From NCBI GenBank assembly GCA_944381135.1, contig CALWJY010000002.1, positions 1,929 through 65,928 of the forward strand: a stretch of DNA of 64,000 nt, in the 5' to 3' direction. This stretch comes from an uncultured Clostridia bacterium (GTDB taxonomy: Bacteria > Bacillota > Clostridia > Christensenellales > UBA1242). A model generated the notes under the pieces. The model had not been told where the DNA came from. It saw only the letters and a program-made list of their open reading frames with translations, and did no database searches. Position 1 is the stretch's first letter. Every line of letters begins with the position of its first letter. The translations under genes and the position numbers were made by a program. Shown one piece after another: positions 20,301-28,000 of this stretch.

Positions 20301-21973
20301 AAACTTTGCACCCCGCCTGTCATGTCAAGATAGAGGTTGCTTGCGTCATATCCATCTTCAATAAAAAGTTTGCTTGCCCCTTCCGTCATGACATATGGAA
20401 TGGACAAGATAAGTTCGCTTGCCGTGTCAGAATCGGAATGTTCCAAAATGTTGCTTTGAAGATGAATTTGAATTTCACCCGCAGTCAAATCTGTCCCCTT
20501 TCCACGCACCAAGAAAGAATTTTCAAGGTCGGTGTAGAGCCTTGAACGCCCACTTGTGACAGGGGTTCCGTTGTGTGACATGTCAATTTGGTCTGAATTG
20601 AATGTGAAATAAATTCCTTCAAAATTTGGTGAAGTTGCAAAGCCAGAAAGCACATTGATGAAAAGTTCGTTCCAACCATAAGATGGTGAAGTGTAGTGTG
20701 TGTAGAGGTGAAGCGTTTCAGGCGTTGACAGGTCATTGACTGTAATCATGCTTGGTGCAATTTGCGTTTCAATTTCATAAGTCCTATCCACATTCACGCT
20801 GTCATCGTCAACACCTTGAGCAATGTCATAAAAAATGTTTAAATAAAGTTCCGTCTCAGATTGCACAATTGAATTTTGAGACACAATGAGATATTGAATG
20901 TTTGGTGCGGTTTCCAAATTGACATTTGATGTTGCGTCATAGAAATCAATAACCACATTTTCATTGTTTTGACTGACGTTCATGACAATGTTTGAAAGGT
21001 CAATTGCGTCAATCATCTCAATTTTGATGAGATATTGTGTCATGTTTGTGTTGTTTGGAACAATGATGATGTTCTCCAAAGACTCTTCAGAAAATTCAAT
21101 CGAATTGTCTGGCAAAAGATATCCTCCAGACACTTGCACATTGAGAGAAGGCAAAACATTGACGACACCAACATCATAAATCAAATTTTGACCCGCGTTG
21201 CTGGTCATTGCCCCCTCATAAATTGCCAAAATTTCAAATTGGTTGACCATTGAAGTTGTTGTTTGTGCTTCGCCATTATAAGAGAAAACAATTCCTTTTT
21301 CTTGTCCGTCTTCTGTTTCAATTGGTTGAAGACTTGCGCTGTCAAACAATGTCAAATTTCTTGTAAGCGTTTCCGTTCCGTCACTGAATGTCGCTGTCAT
21401 GTTTTCCTGGTCAAAGTTTTCCAATCTGAAAGTTGTGAAATTGATTTCATCTCCCGGTTGCAAATAGAAGAAAGAAACACCTTTTTCTGTTGTGTTGGCA
21501 TCAAATGTCAACATGTCTGCACTTGGCACAAAGTCAGTGTCGTCAGAAAGATACAACAGGTCTCCATTAAAATTGATTGAAGAAGAAAACTGACTGACTG
21601 AAACATCCACAACACATTGCTTATCTGCTTCAAGTGACCTCATAATCAATTGTCCCTCTCCACCAGCAGTTGCGGTGATTGTCACGCGAAAAGAACTGTC
21701 ATTCAAATAAACCGGGTCTGAAACGGAAAAAATCGAGTTTTGTCCGTTCACATTGGAATTTGCTTGAACTCTGTTGCTGAAACCACTTTGATAGTTTTCA
21801 AAAGTGAAAACAACATTCACGCTTTCTCCAACTTCAAGATTGACAACACTTTGGTCTGCAACAAGTCGAATTTGAGAATAGTCCACTCCGCACCCAGCAA
21901 TAAAGAAACCCGCAAACAAAAATCCGATTGCGCCAAAAACACTTATTAAGATTTTTTTCATCACTCTTGTCAT
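11384..21973 (-). CDS. giant surface lipoprotein (3,529 aa) with Ig-like repeats and GLUG/beta-helix-type modules
   Basis: Uninterrupted 10.6-kb ORF. The N-terminus MKKILISVFGAIGFLFAGFFIAGC is a signal peptide with lipobox IAGC. The start could be the ATG at 21973 or 21961. Modules contain LDGNNKTISF (about 14185-14222), FEGNFMDVDNISL (about 12820-12880) and many VGGIVG, AGGVAGV and LGGIAGQ turns. No LPXTG is present. Confidence 0.9.
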   Translation of the reverse strand: MTRVMKKILISVFGAIGFLFAGFFIAGCGVDYSQIRLVADQSVVNLEVGESVNVVFTFENYQSGFSNRVQANSNVNGQNSIFSVSDPVYLNDSSFRVTITATAGGEGQLIMRSLEADKQCVVDVSVSQFSSSINFNGDLLYLSDDTDFVPSADMLTFDANTTEKGVSFFYLQPGDEINFTTFRLENFDQENMTATFSDGTETLTRNLTLFDSASLQPIETEDGQEKGIVFSYNGEAQTTTSMVNQFEILAIYEGAMTSNAGQNLIYDVGVVNVLPSLNVQVSGGYLLPDNSIEFSEESLENIIIVPNNTNMTQYLIKIEMIDAIDLSNIVMNVSQNNENVVIDFYDATSNVNLETAPNIQYLIVSQNSIVQSETELYLNIFYDIAQGVDDDSVNVDRTYEIETQIAPSMITVNDLSTPETLHLYTHYTSPSYGWNELFINVLSGFATSPNFEGIYFTFNSDQIDMSHNGTPVTSGRSRLYTDLENSFLVRGKGTDLTAGEIQIHLQSNILEHSDSDTASELILSIPYVMTEGASKLFIEDGYDASNLYLDMTGGVQSFSHHIYANSEFQNFTFQLMGGEDCVDFLVGDEPYIYENGNYYLNFSVVPMFASETGGRYHIILDNGTYFEVIFKCINTLKGDSTSIQLSSSGNDNVTASSFERTGNADFDNVLNIEIQNASSNGEITFGRVANFEILANVASEDIRFSYASANISVLKTNNAFTVTTRGNGEATINITLMGQVVENFAPIARNYEVVVNVSSYSLVDEFSLMNGGSYALNNVIYCGTNVTEENSTITFNTRVRSEQSRNFYQYHFNPASIMDFFENSREGQTYPSFSITSANFENYISETLMYETYDDKFVYFYPLDNSGNLFDQVSTTMTIRKTYTNEEGILTVEPKTVQVFIYNGLMFFAEDFTYEQLDDNQQVVATYSVSFSNVFRIGAYGDFDLNSFSYQHDLPQEDSFVLSAYLRQRNSTKRYDAHIEIRQYYSVESITLLSNLSQINFTNQNLTAVVGVALYPTYSTNSDVNPRVEFVTTNGNPFTNMLTWSVQSNGNGVFVITLSCERFFEEHQDEIVTFEDISLTGRVYIYPPEWGTSVSAINPSLQPLEIDVHYRNGSRTNPYLIENAEDVLEINTNQTTLQSHYEISTIVDMSSVRSGALPIGVLENSDGTLNLYGFRGSITATTSQAGIVNLAIKHSSTESNFAVEIDGVLYAGLFAQIDEDMSFENFSVAGSVNVSYSGTAYVGILSSVNYGRVENVEASLDGESLVSISNGTLYFGAITAVNLGEIVQDFTKYEGTGYTYKRYVASTTGLNVANFADENAEELLFIVDENGDKEIVDGIGFVIVEVAEIQTDGEIQYVQDGEERFRVDARGFVIDDDGNLIKFDETGAELSYLHDYTGQTSKNLTFFENVLNINVANATVYAGGVAGVTANQISRISPYSNDYKLYGYTGYTAYTLFNISGSNAENNEVYVGGIVGVASNFANTSSIIPDLGVSATGEGYALENLLVGGEINTFGMTGVDNVGGILGAVDTVMAGPINIYENTSRVYLRGNQNVGGIVGSEIYHGNAAEIIVNYGNANRVEAVDDARGEFYASNLIRTTAPNWTSQVSGNVLSGLAGDDLFEIVSIGNVGSETNNRIYADGTFSAVSYSVRNVLDIPEEAIASNSASTTTYYGDFMVVVSAGNEEYSILGAVGYPRQSVTLDLSDENGFALTPVEDNVDINVFLAFYFHVSSDLTGNLGASAQEQIEDLNFITPNSNIYPFVLDSQDVGISSTSSNNLLVDNNGNITIRGTGLAEITLSSILNTNVSQVIYLYIVNFFDSNVSSSIFYTDANLNSGNLQNGSELTIYGNAYTTIYALPTYDLSGETANGEEFYISRNGILTYQNVGYLLTPNTEFSVDVVAGEGNTVSTADGSKQSVIFHRVNGAEPNDVADTYTLTPILRVEVGGHTFFYTLDGAEIDLEVFYENSATRIEVARSYESMESNGSFENTVSITSTNRSELLFYEITGPNGIVVQSRVPERVGDYVLDGVASDLSYDEYLNTCTSDDLFNVQFTRRTGTNIFDLVCKINPNSEAYQNRYADGANIFGEYVVVFYSSELRPTYQNPSAVSCTMRFRLDEATLNYININNYSNINDVSSTDAYVVPSQRGILEISLDPYDAVFNTFTISNDEINTTSGATNASFTFAYEKRTQTGVTYQQAPNFGVYENNSLSFTYQELTDFYTQLADEGITYTGRIFISYYMPSSGVVDNAPVAFNVEVSYVGDAVDPMTTTIELQTKLGSYARLVFDDKEAIGDHYYLAKGLAYDLTLELFGYSEDQVEITLSNNDYASISGSNGRYVLQINNGNINYSSSAPGFAVTITVSAEKIVDGVLVPYESEIDFYIMEFVLNYSYDEGVNEDIVEGMENGVISTAVGNPYELEIAIRDFLEYDSTNASVNAQVETFIENMRNNLQWNVYEGDWTQTLALGQTFESPAGYYRISSFTFTPQRIYDHERDLYYFSVDGHYTMQNGTYTYSPVALNSNRFYTEFTFDVHDQSTQDSPIPVYDYEDFIGMEEGQWYILMNDISLPSSEDASMSGEEQFAPITTQIAGLDGNNKTISFADTYVFDGLTNVGLFAEVASGTILQNIYVQITADVNFRMNVQTFNVGLLAGTNNGIITNCEVESVNGSALSVVSTVTTSSSYVAGLVARNSGYITNSRSRLNVYSNVNLSGFVGVNTGHIASSYFRGASLRNNTNTATEYTAGFVVNNTGEIYTSYVSGERVGDQNEMYYVLPDNQAQENTIMANGNISGFVYSNGGTVADSYSNIHLEYSGFFASGFVYDNTGLVERCFSTSTLESGQTRNYGFARSNNVQQTDDAVGIYDCFYLSDDTDEVINMNLGRIPINDYTEIDTLTKAEFSDMDNFDDWVVAEGRDTNSVWFLNTNSLDSQNFGGTLFNVGRPELVAPNIEAESERRLLRTEDVYDAETGASYVRYVYEYTGYSLGSEYNPILISDAEEMENYITQENSSTSINTRYYRLIADVDYSSILYNSSLYKTRFMGYFEGNFMDVDNISLIGSSPATYAGLFAEIGSSTFSGAIGTVMNFNLNPTNVDFANTQVVGAITGRVDGGTVLNVSLLNGQGITIVGNNIVGGAIGIAVGDYKLQNVYSTYSAKARQQVADNVFDQNATSFSTNSYAGSVVGVLSGTGLILNCVTDEVVSAIADEAGLLFGLIDSGATVDNVDVAMDAEMSVNGYSYAGLVAGESKGTLTDVTILGTGSVFTNFVRTPEVPIAVGGVVGLASGGTISDITMEQDISISTISTDGSISALGGIAGQISEATTMDVITINADLTGYSLVGGIVGLIETTGRTTFNHISFTGELNAIGIRQEMAAIGGLAGSSGQDTIIALGVENEVESGEYTNNFNITSSSVQVNLYATTAEYAVGTIVGLNRSSTSHMIYNTYSNLANCSVSVINLSLQNESELTGTAILDTSDGIIDYSSSDSSIEGSRIFNTITMPGTNCVYELAISYTTLRNNGSFTSLQINLWGNGNIVV

Positions 21974-22231
21974 AAGTTTTTTCCATGTTCCTTTTTCTTA
22001 TTTATATAAACTTTCAGTCAAGCCAAAATTCATTTCAAATCATGTCGGTTAAACAATGTTTTAAGTCAATTCTCATTTTCAACACCCTTTGGTGTTTGCA
22101 TCGTCTCGAATTTGTTTCAAAATTCTAAAATTTTCAAAACCTTAAATTCGGTTTCATTTTCCAAAAGAAGAAAATATGTAATGGAATTTATTTTCATAAT
22201 CAAACTTTTGAAAATTTTGTCTTTAAATAAA

Positions 22232-24928
22232 TCAGCCTCCAAACAATTGCTTCACATAGTCTTGCGCTGTCACTTGAACAGTTGTTCTTGAAGTTGCGCC
22301 TGTAATGAGGAAAGCCTGTCCAACACCCGCAGTGACAATTGAGTTTTGTTCTTCCTCATTGATTCCGCCCGACTTTTCATAAAGTTGAACAAGGTCGTTG
22401 ATGTCACTTGGCGCCAACGAGAAGATGAGAGAATATTGACACGCATTGATGACGGCCGTTGACTGTCTTTTGATTTCATCAGTTCCCACAAAGTCGGAGA
22501 TGTTCTGCGTGATGATGATTTGCATTCCGCCATATTTACGAATACGCTTTGCCATTTGCGCCATGAAGTCCAAAGCGATTGGATATTTTGGATTGATGAA
22601 GATGTGCGCCTCATCCACGGCAACAATAATTTTTCTGTTTTTGCGATATTTCTTGTTGAAATCTTTGTTGTTGATGATTTCGTTGTTCAAATATCTAAAA
22701 ACCAAAAGCATTTGTGCGTTTGTGATTTGAGAGTTGTTTCCAGCAACCAAAGATTGAAAGTTGAATGTAACAAAATTTTCGTTTGTTTCAATGGATGTTG
22801 GACCATTCCAAAGGGCACTGTTTCGTCCGCCTGTGGCAAACTTTTTGATGTAAGTTTCAACAGTCATCAAGTTTCTCAAAGTGAATTCGTCTTTTGCTGT
22901 CTTAATTCTTCTCAAAATCAAATCATAAAGCGCGTCAAAAGTAGGATAGTCCTCTGGTTTCAGTTTTGAAAGGTTTGTGCGATAGTCAATTTTAAATTCT
23001 TTATACATATCAATGACAAGCGAGTTTAAAACCTCAAATGCGTCGGCATTAATTCCTTCCAAAATAACTCTGAAGAATTGCTCCAAGAACTGCAAGTGCT
23101 GTGGAAAAGAGTCGTCAACTTTCTTTGACTCCTCTTTTTTCTTCTCAACAGGTCTGCCAAAACTGTCAAACTCTTCTTCCTCCTCTTCCTCGTCATCTTC
23201 GGATGCCTCCAAAGAAGAAATCACATGGAAAGGATTGATGATTCCGTGCATGGAAGAGCCAACATCAATAAACTTTCCGCCAAGGTTTGCCGTAAGGTCG
23301 CTATATTCATTTTCTGGGTCAAGAATGAAAATCTTGCAGTTGTCTGCCGCAAAGTTTGTCAAAAGTGTCTTTGTGGCATAACTCTTCCCAGAACCAGACT
23401 TCCCAATGACCATCATGTTTGAATTGACTCTCTCGCGGTCACGCTTAAAGAAATCGACAAACACAGGATATTCATTGTCGCCAACATAAATTCCGTTTGA
23501 GTCTTGAAGCGAATTGGAAATGAATGGGAAAGTTGCCGCAAGTGTGCTGGTTGGAATGCCTCGCAGATTTCCTTTCACAACATCACGCTTTGAAAGGCTG
23601 GAAGAAATGAAACCGTCAATTTGTCTTGAGAAAAGTTCGGAATATTTAAAACCTTGCTGTTTAAGCATTGCGCGGACTTCTTTCTTCGCAACGTCCTCTG
23701 CGACAATGTAGGTGTTGACATTGTAGAGTTGTTGGTTGTTGTTTTTCAAACTTTGAAGCAAACTGCGCAAAGTCTCAACGTGCGTTTGAAGTTCGATTTG
23801 AGCAGAACTTCTTCCAGCACGATAGAGTTTTGTCTCCATTTCCATGATTGCCTTATCAATCTGACGCTCTGACTCAACTTTTGGAATTGGGCTGAATTTC
23901 ATGACAGTTCTTGTTCTGTCCAAAAGGAAGAATTGTGCGCCCCACGCGTTCCCAACTTGCAAAGGATAGTCAATCAAGTTGAAACAACGATAGCAGTTGT
24001 CATCAACGAAATATCTTGCAATGTTGAAACGAATTTTGTTTGGTGTCGCCCAATTCATATATTCCGAAATTGGTGTAATTTCCAAATCTCTTTCATCAAA
24101 GTCTTTTCCAAGATTTGCCTTCATAAACACCAAAAGGTCTGTGCCTTGAACAAGATTTGCAGTGATTGGGTTAAGCGAAGACGCCATGGCAGAAATCATT
24201 CCGGAAGTGGTGTTTTCAAGAAGTTCCATATCCTTACCGTAAACCACAAGATAGAAATGATCCTTGAAAACCTTAGATTGACGGTTCATGAATTCATAAA
24301 ACGAAACGCGCTCTTCAAAAATTGGTGCACGAGCGTCAATTTCTGCCTGTGTGATTTGCCCGTCATACTGCATGTCATAAAGCACTTCATATTTCGCATT
24401 TTCATTGTGTATGTATCTGTCCAAAATCATTGGTTTTGAAATTTTGACAATTGAGCAAGATTGGTCAGAATTAAGTCTTCGGAGCGCATTTGCAAAACTT
24501 TCAATGACATTGTCTTGATAATATTCCGTAAGAAGAGTGAAAAACATTGGTTGAACTTCAATCACTTGCGCATAGTAGAGTCCAAAGTTTATGAAACGGT
24601 CTTGATAGATGCCCTCATAGGCAATCATTTCGTTGATGTCAGATTTCTTCTTCTCACCGTCACCCTTGGAAAACTTTTTCTTCTGGGCAGAATATCTCAG
24701 CAAGAAAACCAATGTGTTGTAGAACCTTGTGTCATCCGTAAATTTGAAGAACATTGAAACTGCAATGATGCACCAAGCAATGCCAATCCAAACGTGAAGT
24801 TCAAAATTGGATAAGAAAAGCACAATTGCAATTGCAACGAAAATGATTCCCAAAACGACATCAAGCCCAGTGACGCCACGAACAAACTCTGATTTAACTT
24901 TAGTTTTTCTTGGAATAACCCTGACCAT
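22232..24928 (-). CDS. VirB4/TraE-family ATPase with a fused N-terminal VirB3/PrgI-like membrane hairpin
   Basis: 898 aa with two N-terminal TM helices (VVLGIIFVAIAIVLFLSNF and VWIGIAWCIIAVSMFF). Walker A is GKSGSGKS, Walker B is IIVAVDEAHIF, and RKYGGMQIIITQNISDF matches the VirB4-type C-terminal motif. There is an acidic low-complexity insert (EDDEEEEEEEFD). An AAAGGGGAG RBS lies upstream. Confidence 0.8.
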   Translation of the reverse strand: MVRVIPRKTKVKSEFVRGVTGLDVVLGIIFVAIAIVLFLSNFELHVWIGIAWCIIAVSMFFKFTDDTRFYNTLVFLLRYSAQKKKFSKGDGEKKKSDINEMIAYEGIYQDRFINFGLYYAQVIEVQPMFFTLLTEYYQDNVIESFANALRRLNSDQSCSIVKISKPMILDRYIHNENAKYEVLYDMQYDGQITQAEIDARAPIFEERVSFYEFMNRQSKVFKDHFYLVVYGKDMELLENTTSGMISAMASSLNPITANLVQGTDLLVFMKANLGKDFDERDLEITPISEYMNWATPNKIRFNIARYFVDDNCYRCFNLIDYPLQVGNAWGAQFFLLDRTRTVMKFSPIPKVESERQIDKAIMEMETKLYRAGRSSAQIELQTHVETLRSLLQSLKNNNQQLYNVNTYIVAEDVAKKEVRAMLKQQGFKYSELFSRQIDGFISSSLSKRDVVKGNLRGIPTSTLAATFPFISNSLQDSNGIYVGDNEYPVFVDFFKRDRERVNSNMMVIGKSGSGKSYATKTLLTNFAADNCKIFILDPENEYSDLTANLGGKFIDVGSSMHGIINPFHVISSLEASEDDEEEEEEEFDSFGRPVEKKKEESKKVDDSFPQHLQFLEQFFRVILEGINADAFEVLNSLVIDMYKEFKIDYRTNLSKLKPEDYPTFDALYDLILRRIKTAKDEFTLRNLMTVETYIKKFATGGRNSALWNGPTSIETNENFVTFNFQSLVAGNNSQITNAQMLLVFRYLNNEIINNKDFNKKYRKNRKIIVAVDEAHIFINPKYPIALDFMAQMAKRIRKYGGMQIIITQNISDFVGTDEIKRQSTAVINACQYSLIFSLAPSDINDLVQLYEKSGGINEEEQNSIVTAGVGQAFLITGATSRTTVQVTAQDYVKQLFGG

Positions 24929-25468
24929 AAGCTCCCCTTTTTGTTTGAAACTCTTGTTTATATGATACTACAAAAAGGGTAAAAATACAAATGAAATGAC
25001 GAAAAAAATAACATTTTATTTTTTAAATAAAAAGGGAAAAATTAGTCGAATATTTCAAAAATAAATTCCAATTTAGAACATTTGTCAAAAATTTTATTTA
25101 AAAATTCATAAATCTTTTTTGAGATTAAACCAATTGACTCACTTTATAGAAACTTGCCAAAAACAAATCAATGAATGCACGATTAAAATGCACAAAAAGC
25201 AAATGAAAATTTTGTCACAAATTGTCAAAAAATCAAAATTTTAAATTCAACATAAAAAGAAAAAATATTGCAAAATTCAATAAAATAATTAAAAAATGCA
25301 AAAAATTATTAAAAAAATCAAAAAATTATTTAATTTTTTCGCAATTTTTGAAAATTTTGACTTATTTTTTATTTTTTAGGAAAATTCTTTTTCCATGTTT
25401 TCAATTCTGAAAGAAAGTTTGTTTTTGCCGAAAAATTTAACCACAAAACAATTTTCAAAACAAAGCAG

Positions 25469-26131
25469 TCAGCGTTTGATTGCAAAGAAAAGTTGATTAA
25501 GTTTGTTGTGCCTTTTTGCCTTTTCGACTGTCAACCTTGAAATCACTTCACCTTTGCTTATGATTTTTTCGTTGTTATAACCCGTGATGTCTTCCGATGA
25601 AATTTTGCCGACATAAAAACTGCTGGAAAGCACAATCTTTTCTGGCATCAAATTCTGTTGCTGAAGAGACTGAATTTGCACAAGCCTTTCATCACTCTGA
25701 AGCCAAGAAGGGAACTTTCGTTTTGAAGTTCTCTTTTTGAAGCCAACAAAAATCACATCATCTCCAACTTCTTTAAAATTTTTATATAAAATTTCGCATT
25801 TGTCGGTCACCAATTTTTCACACCGATTGCCCTTAAAACAAATTTTCTTCAAAACGCCCAAACTCAACCCATTTTCATCCAAAACTTCTTTTCCAATCAA
25901 AAGAGTTCTGCTTGAAACAAATTCAAGTTTGGAAACGTCATCAATAAGGACAAAGTCTTGAGAGATTGACAAAATGTCATCCCCTTTCAACAGAAATTCA
26001 CTTTCGCTTTCTTCATCAACAATATAATATCCAATTTTTGAAAGCGATTTCAAATCAACTGCCACATCAATCACATAGCCAATTTTTTTGCCACTTGTGC
26101 GCGCAACCACAATTTTTGAAATATTTTCCAT
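25469..26131 (-). CDS. PRC-barrel domain protein (YlmC/YmxH-like, tandem)
   Basis: The segments GKKIGYVIDVAVDLKSLSKIGYYIV and GKEVLDENGLSLGVLKKICF resemble PRC-barrel repeats. The start is ATG 26131 or GTG 26137. Confidence 0.5.
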   Translation of the reverse strand: MENISKIVVARTSGKKIGYVIDVAVDLKSLSKIGYYIVDEESESEFLLKGDDILSISQDFVLIDDVSKLEFVSSRTLLIGKEVLDENGLSLGVLKKICFKGNRCEKLVTDKCEILYKNFKEVGDDVIFVGFKKRTSKRKFPSWLQSDERLVQIQSLQQQNLMPEKIVLSSSFYVGKISSEDITGYNNEKIISKGEVISRLTVEKAKRHNKLNQLFFAIKR

Positions 26132-26259
26132 TTCCACCTGCCTATTCTTGTTTATGTTGCAAAGTTTTCAAATATTTGAAAAGTGCCAAAATAGACGCAA
26201 AGCGCCAATTTCTGACATGATTTTTGACAAAAAATGACATTATTTTTGCATTTAATGTT

Positions 26260-26288
26260 TTGACAAATGGTTTTGATAGTGCTAAAAT
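26260..26288 (+). promoter_or_regulatory. sigma-A promoter of the DUF1858 gene
   Basis: TTGACA (26260-26265), 17 nt, TAAAAT (26283-26288), with TGc extended -10. An AAAGGAG RBS precedes the ATG at 26328. Confidence 0.6.
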
Positions 26289-26327
26289 ATTGCATAATCA
26301 AGCTCAGTAAACAAAAGGAGAAATTTT

Positions 26328-26555
26328 ATGAAAAGCAAAAAATCTGCAGAAATCACAAAAGAAATGACAATTGGCGAAACATTGCAACAAGACCCAAATC
26401 TTGAAGAAGTTTTCCTTGGTTTTGGAATGCATTGTGTCTCCTGCCCTGTCAGCCAAATGGAAACCATTGAAGAAGCCGGACTTGTGCATGGCGTTGATGT
26501 CGATTTTCTCATCAAAAAACTGAACGAACAAAAATCTAAAAAGGGCAAAAAATAA
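26328..26555 (+). CDS. DUF1858 / hybrid-cluster-protein-associated redox disulfide domain protein
   Basis: 75 aa. The sequence ITKEMTIGETLQQDPNLEEVFLGFGMHCVSCPVSQMETIEEAGLVHGVDVDFLIKKLN fits the GMHC-x2-CP pattern of this family. Confidence 0.7.
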   Translation: MKSKKSAEITKEMTIGETLQQDPNLEEVFLGFGMHCVSCPVSQMETIEEAGLVHGVDVDFLIKKLNEQKSKKGKK

Positions 26556-26612
26556 GTTTTGCCTCTCAATTTATTTACAAATTCACTTGCATAAAAAATT
26601 AATGCAAAAAGC

Positions 26613-26643
26613 AAAAAAAACTGCAAAAATTTGCAGTTTTTTT
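26613..26643. terminator. bidirectional intrinsic terminator between the DUF1858 gene and hflX
   Basis: An A8 run, the ACTGCA-aaaatt-TGCAGT hairpin (26620-26637), then a T7 run. Confidence 0.65.
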
Positions 26644-27781
26644 AATTTTCAAGAGCATTTTTGATGATTTCTTTCAATTTTTCCAAATTTGTCTTTTTCT
26701 TTGCGGAAAACAAAACTTGATTTCTTTCAATTTCAACAACGCTTTTCAAAAGGTCACATTTGTTCAAAATCACAAGCCTATTTTCTGTTGCGCCAAGGTC
26801 ATCCAAAATTTTATTTGTGATTTCAATGTTTTTCTTATAAAATTTGTCCGACACATCCACAACATGCAAAACCAAATCAGCATTTTTGACCTCTTCCAAA
26901 GTTGCCGAAAAACTTTCAACAAGTTCATGTGGAAGTTTGCTGATGAAACCCACCGTGTCCGTCAACAAACAGAATTTTCCATCACCCAAAAACATCCTTC
27001 TGCTTGTGGTGTCAAGCGTTGCAAAAAGTTTGTCATCTGCATAGATGTTTTCTTTCGTAAGTAAATTGAAAATCGAACTTTTCCCAGCATTTGTATATCC
27101 GCCAAGCACCACACTTTTGACACCATTTTTCTCTCGCAAAATTCTGTTTTGTCTGCGCGTGTTTTTAATTTTTTCAATCTCGTTTTCAAGTGTAAAAATT
27201 TCTTTTTCAAGTTTACGCCTGTCAAGTTCAAGTTTTGTCTCACCCGGCCCACGCATTCCGGCACCCTTGCCACCAAATCTTCCAAAACTTCCTTGCAATG
27301 AAGAAAGTCTTGTGAGGAGATATCTGTTTTGTGCAAGTTTGACCTCAATTTTGCCTTCGCCCGATTTCGCATTCAGCGCAAAGATGTCGATGATAAGCAA
27401 AATTCTGTCCAAAACCTTGATGCCAAGTTCTTCAGAGATGTTTCTCAGTTGAGAGCCTGTCAGTTGAAAATCAACAACCAAACAATCACAAGGATTTTCT
27501 GCCAAAAAAGCCTTAACTTCTTCCAACTTGCCTTTTCCCATGATTGTCCTTCTGTTGAAAGCGTCAAGACTTTGGCTGAAAATTTTACAAACCTCAAGCC
27601 CCGCAGAAAAACACAGCCTGCTGATTTCAGCAAACTGAAAATCTTTGTCCTCATCTTTGTCAATCGGACAAAAAACAATTGCCCTTTCTTGAATTTCCTC
27701 TTGTGTTTGTTCCACTTTTTTCACATCATAATCATAACATAAAAATCTTGAAAATTCAAACCAATTTAACAAAAACTGCAA
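26642..27781 (-). CDS. hflX: GTPase HflX
   Basis: G1 is GYTNAGKSS, G3 is DTVGF and G4 is NKCD. The HflX N-terminal region reads GKGKLEEVKAF. The start is uncertain: the track start is a TTG, no clear RBS is visible, and in-frame GTG codons lie a few codons in. Confidence 0.85.
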   Translation of the reverse strand: MQFLLNWFEFSRFLCYDYDVKKVEQTQEEIQERAIVFCPIDKDEDKDFQFAEISRLCFSAGLEVCKIFSQSLDAFNRRTIMGKGKLEEVKAFLAENPCDCLVVDFQLTGSQLRNISEELGIKVLDRILLIIDIFALNAKSGEGKIEVKLAQNRYLLTRLSSLQGSFGRFGGKGAGMRGPGETKLELDRRKLEKEIFTLENEIEKIKNTRRQNRILREKNGVKSVVLGGYTNAGKSSIFNLLTKENIYADDKLFATLDTTSRRMFLGDGKFCLLTDTVGFISKLPHELVESFSATLEEVKNADLVLHVVDVSDKFYKKNIEITNKILDDLGATENRLVILNKCDLLKSVVEIERNQVLFSAKKKTNLEKLKEIIKNALEN

Positions 27782-28000
27782 AAATCACTAAAAAATTGAT
27801 AAAAAACAACCCAAATGCATATTTTTTCAAAATTTTAATAATTTCCTGTCATGCTAACAAATTCGGTTTCATGAATAAGAACAAAAAAATGAACTACATT
27901 TAATGCAATTCATTTTCTCAAAATGTTTTCATTTTTACGCAAGTTATTGCAAAAACTCTCACATCAATCACATTAATTGTTTCAATCGCATCAACCAATT

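Noticed and set aside
22232-24928. VirB4-like gene as evidence of an integrated conjugative element
   Set aside because: No relaxase, coupling protein, other T4SS components, integrase or att-like repeats occur within 64 kb, and the flanks are core genes. I therefore treat it as an orphan or domesticated ATPase (see findings). An ICE outside the window cannot be excluded.
25222-25410. 62-aa lysine/phenylalanine-rich ORF in the AT-rich spacer upstream of the VirB4-like gene
   Set aside because: It is a translation of poly-A and poly-T low-complexity DNA, has a non-ATG start and has no RBS.
24929-25468. AT-rich spacers as a replication origin or DNA-unwinding element
   Set aside because: I found no DnaA-box cluster. 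Only an isolated TCATCCACA-like string occurs near 36459. There is no dnaA or dnaN nearby, and gene orientation does not switch here.
26282-26626. 114-aa minus-strand ORF overlapping the DUF1858 gene
   Set aside because: The plus-strand 75-aa product has a clear family signature, promoter and RBS. The antisense ORF has none of these.
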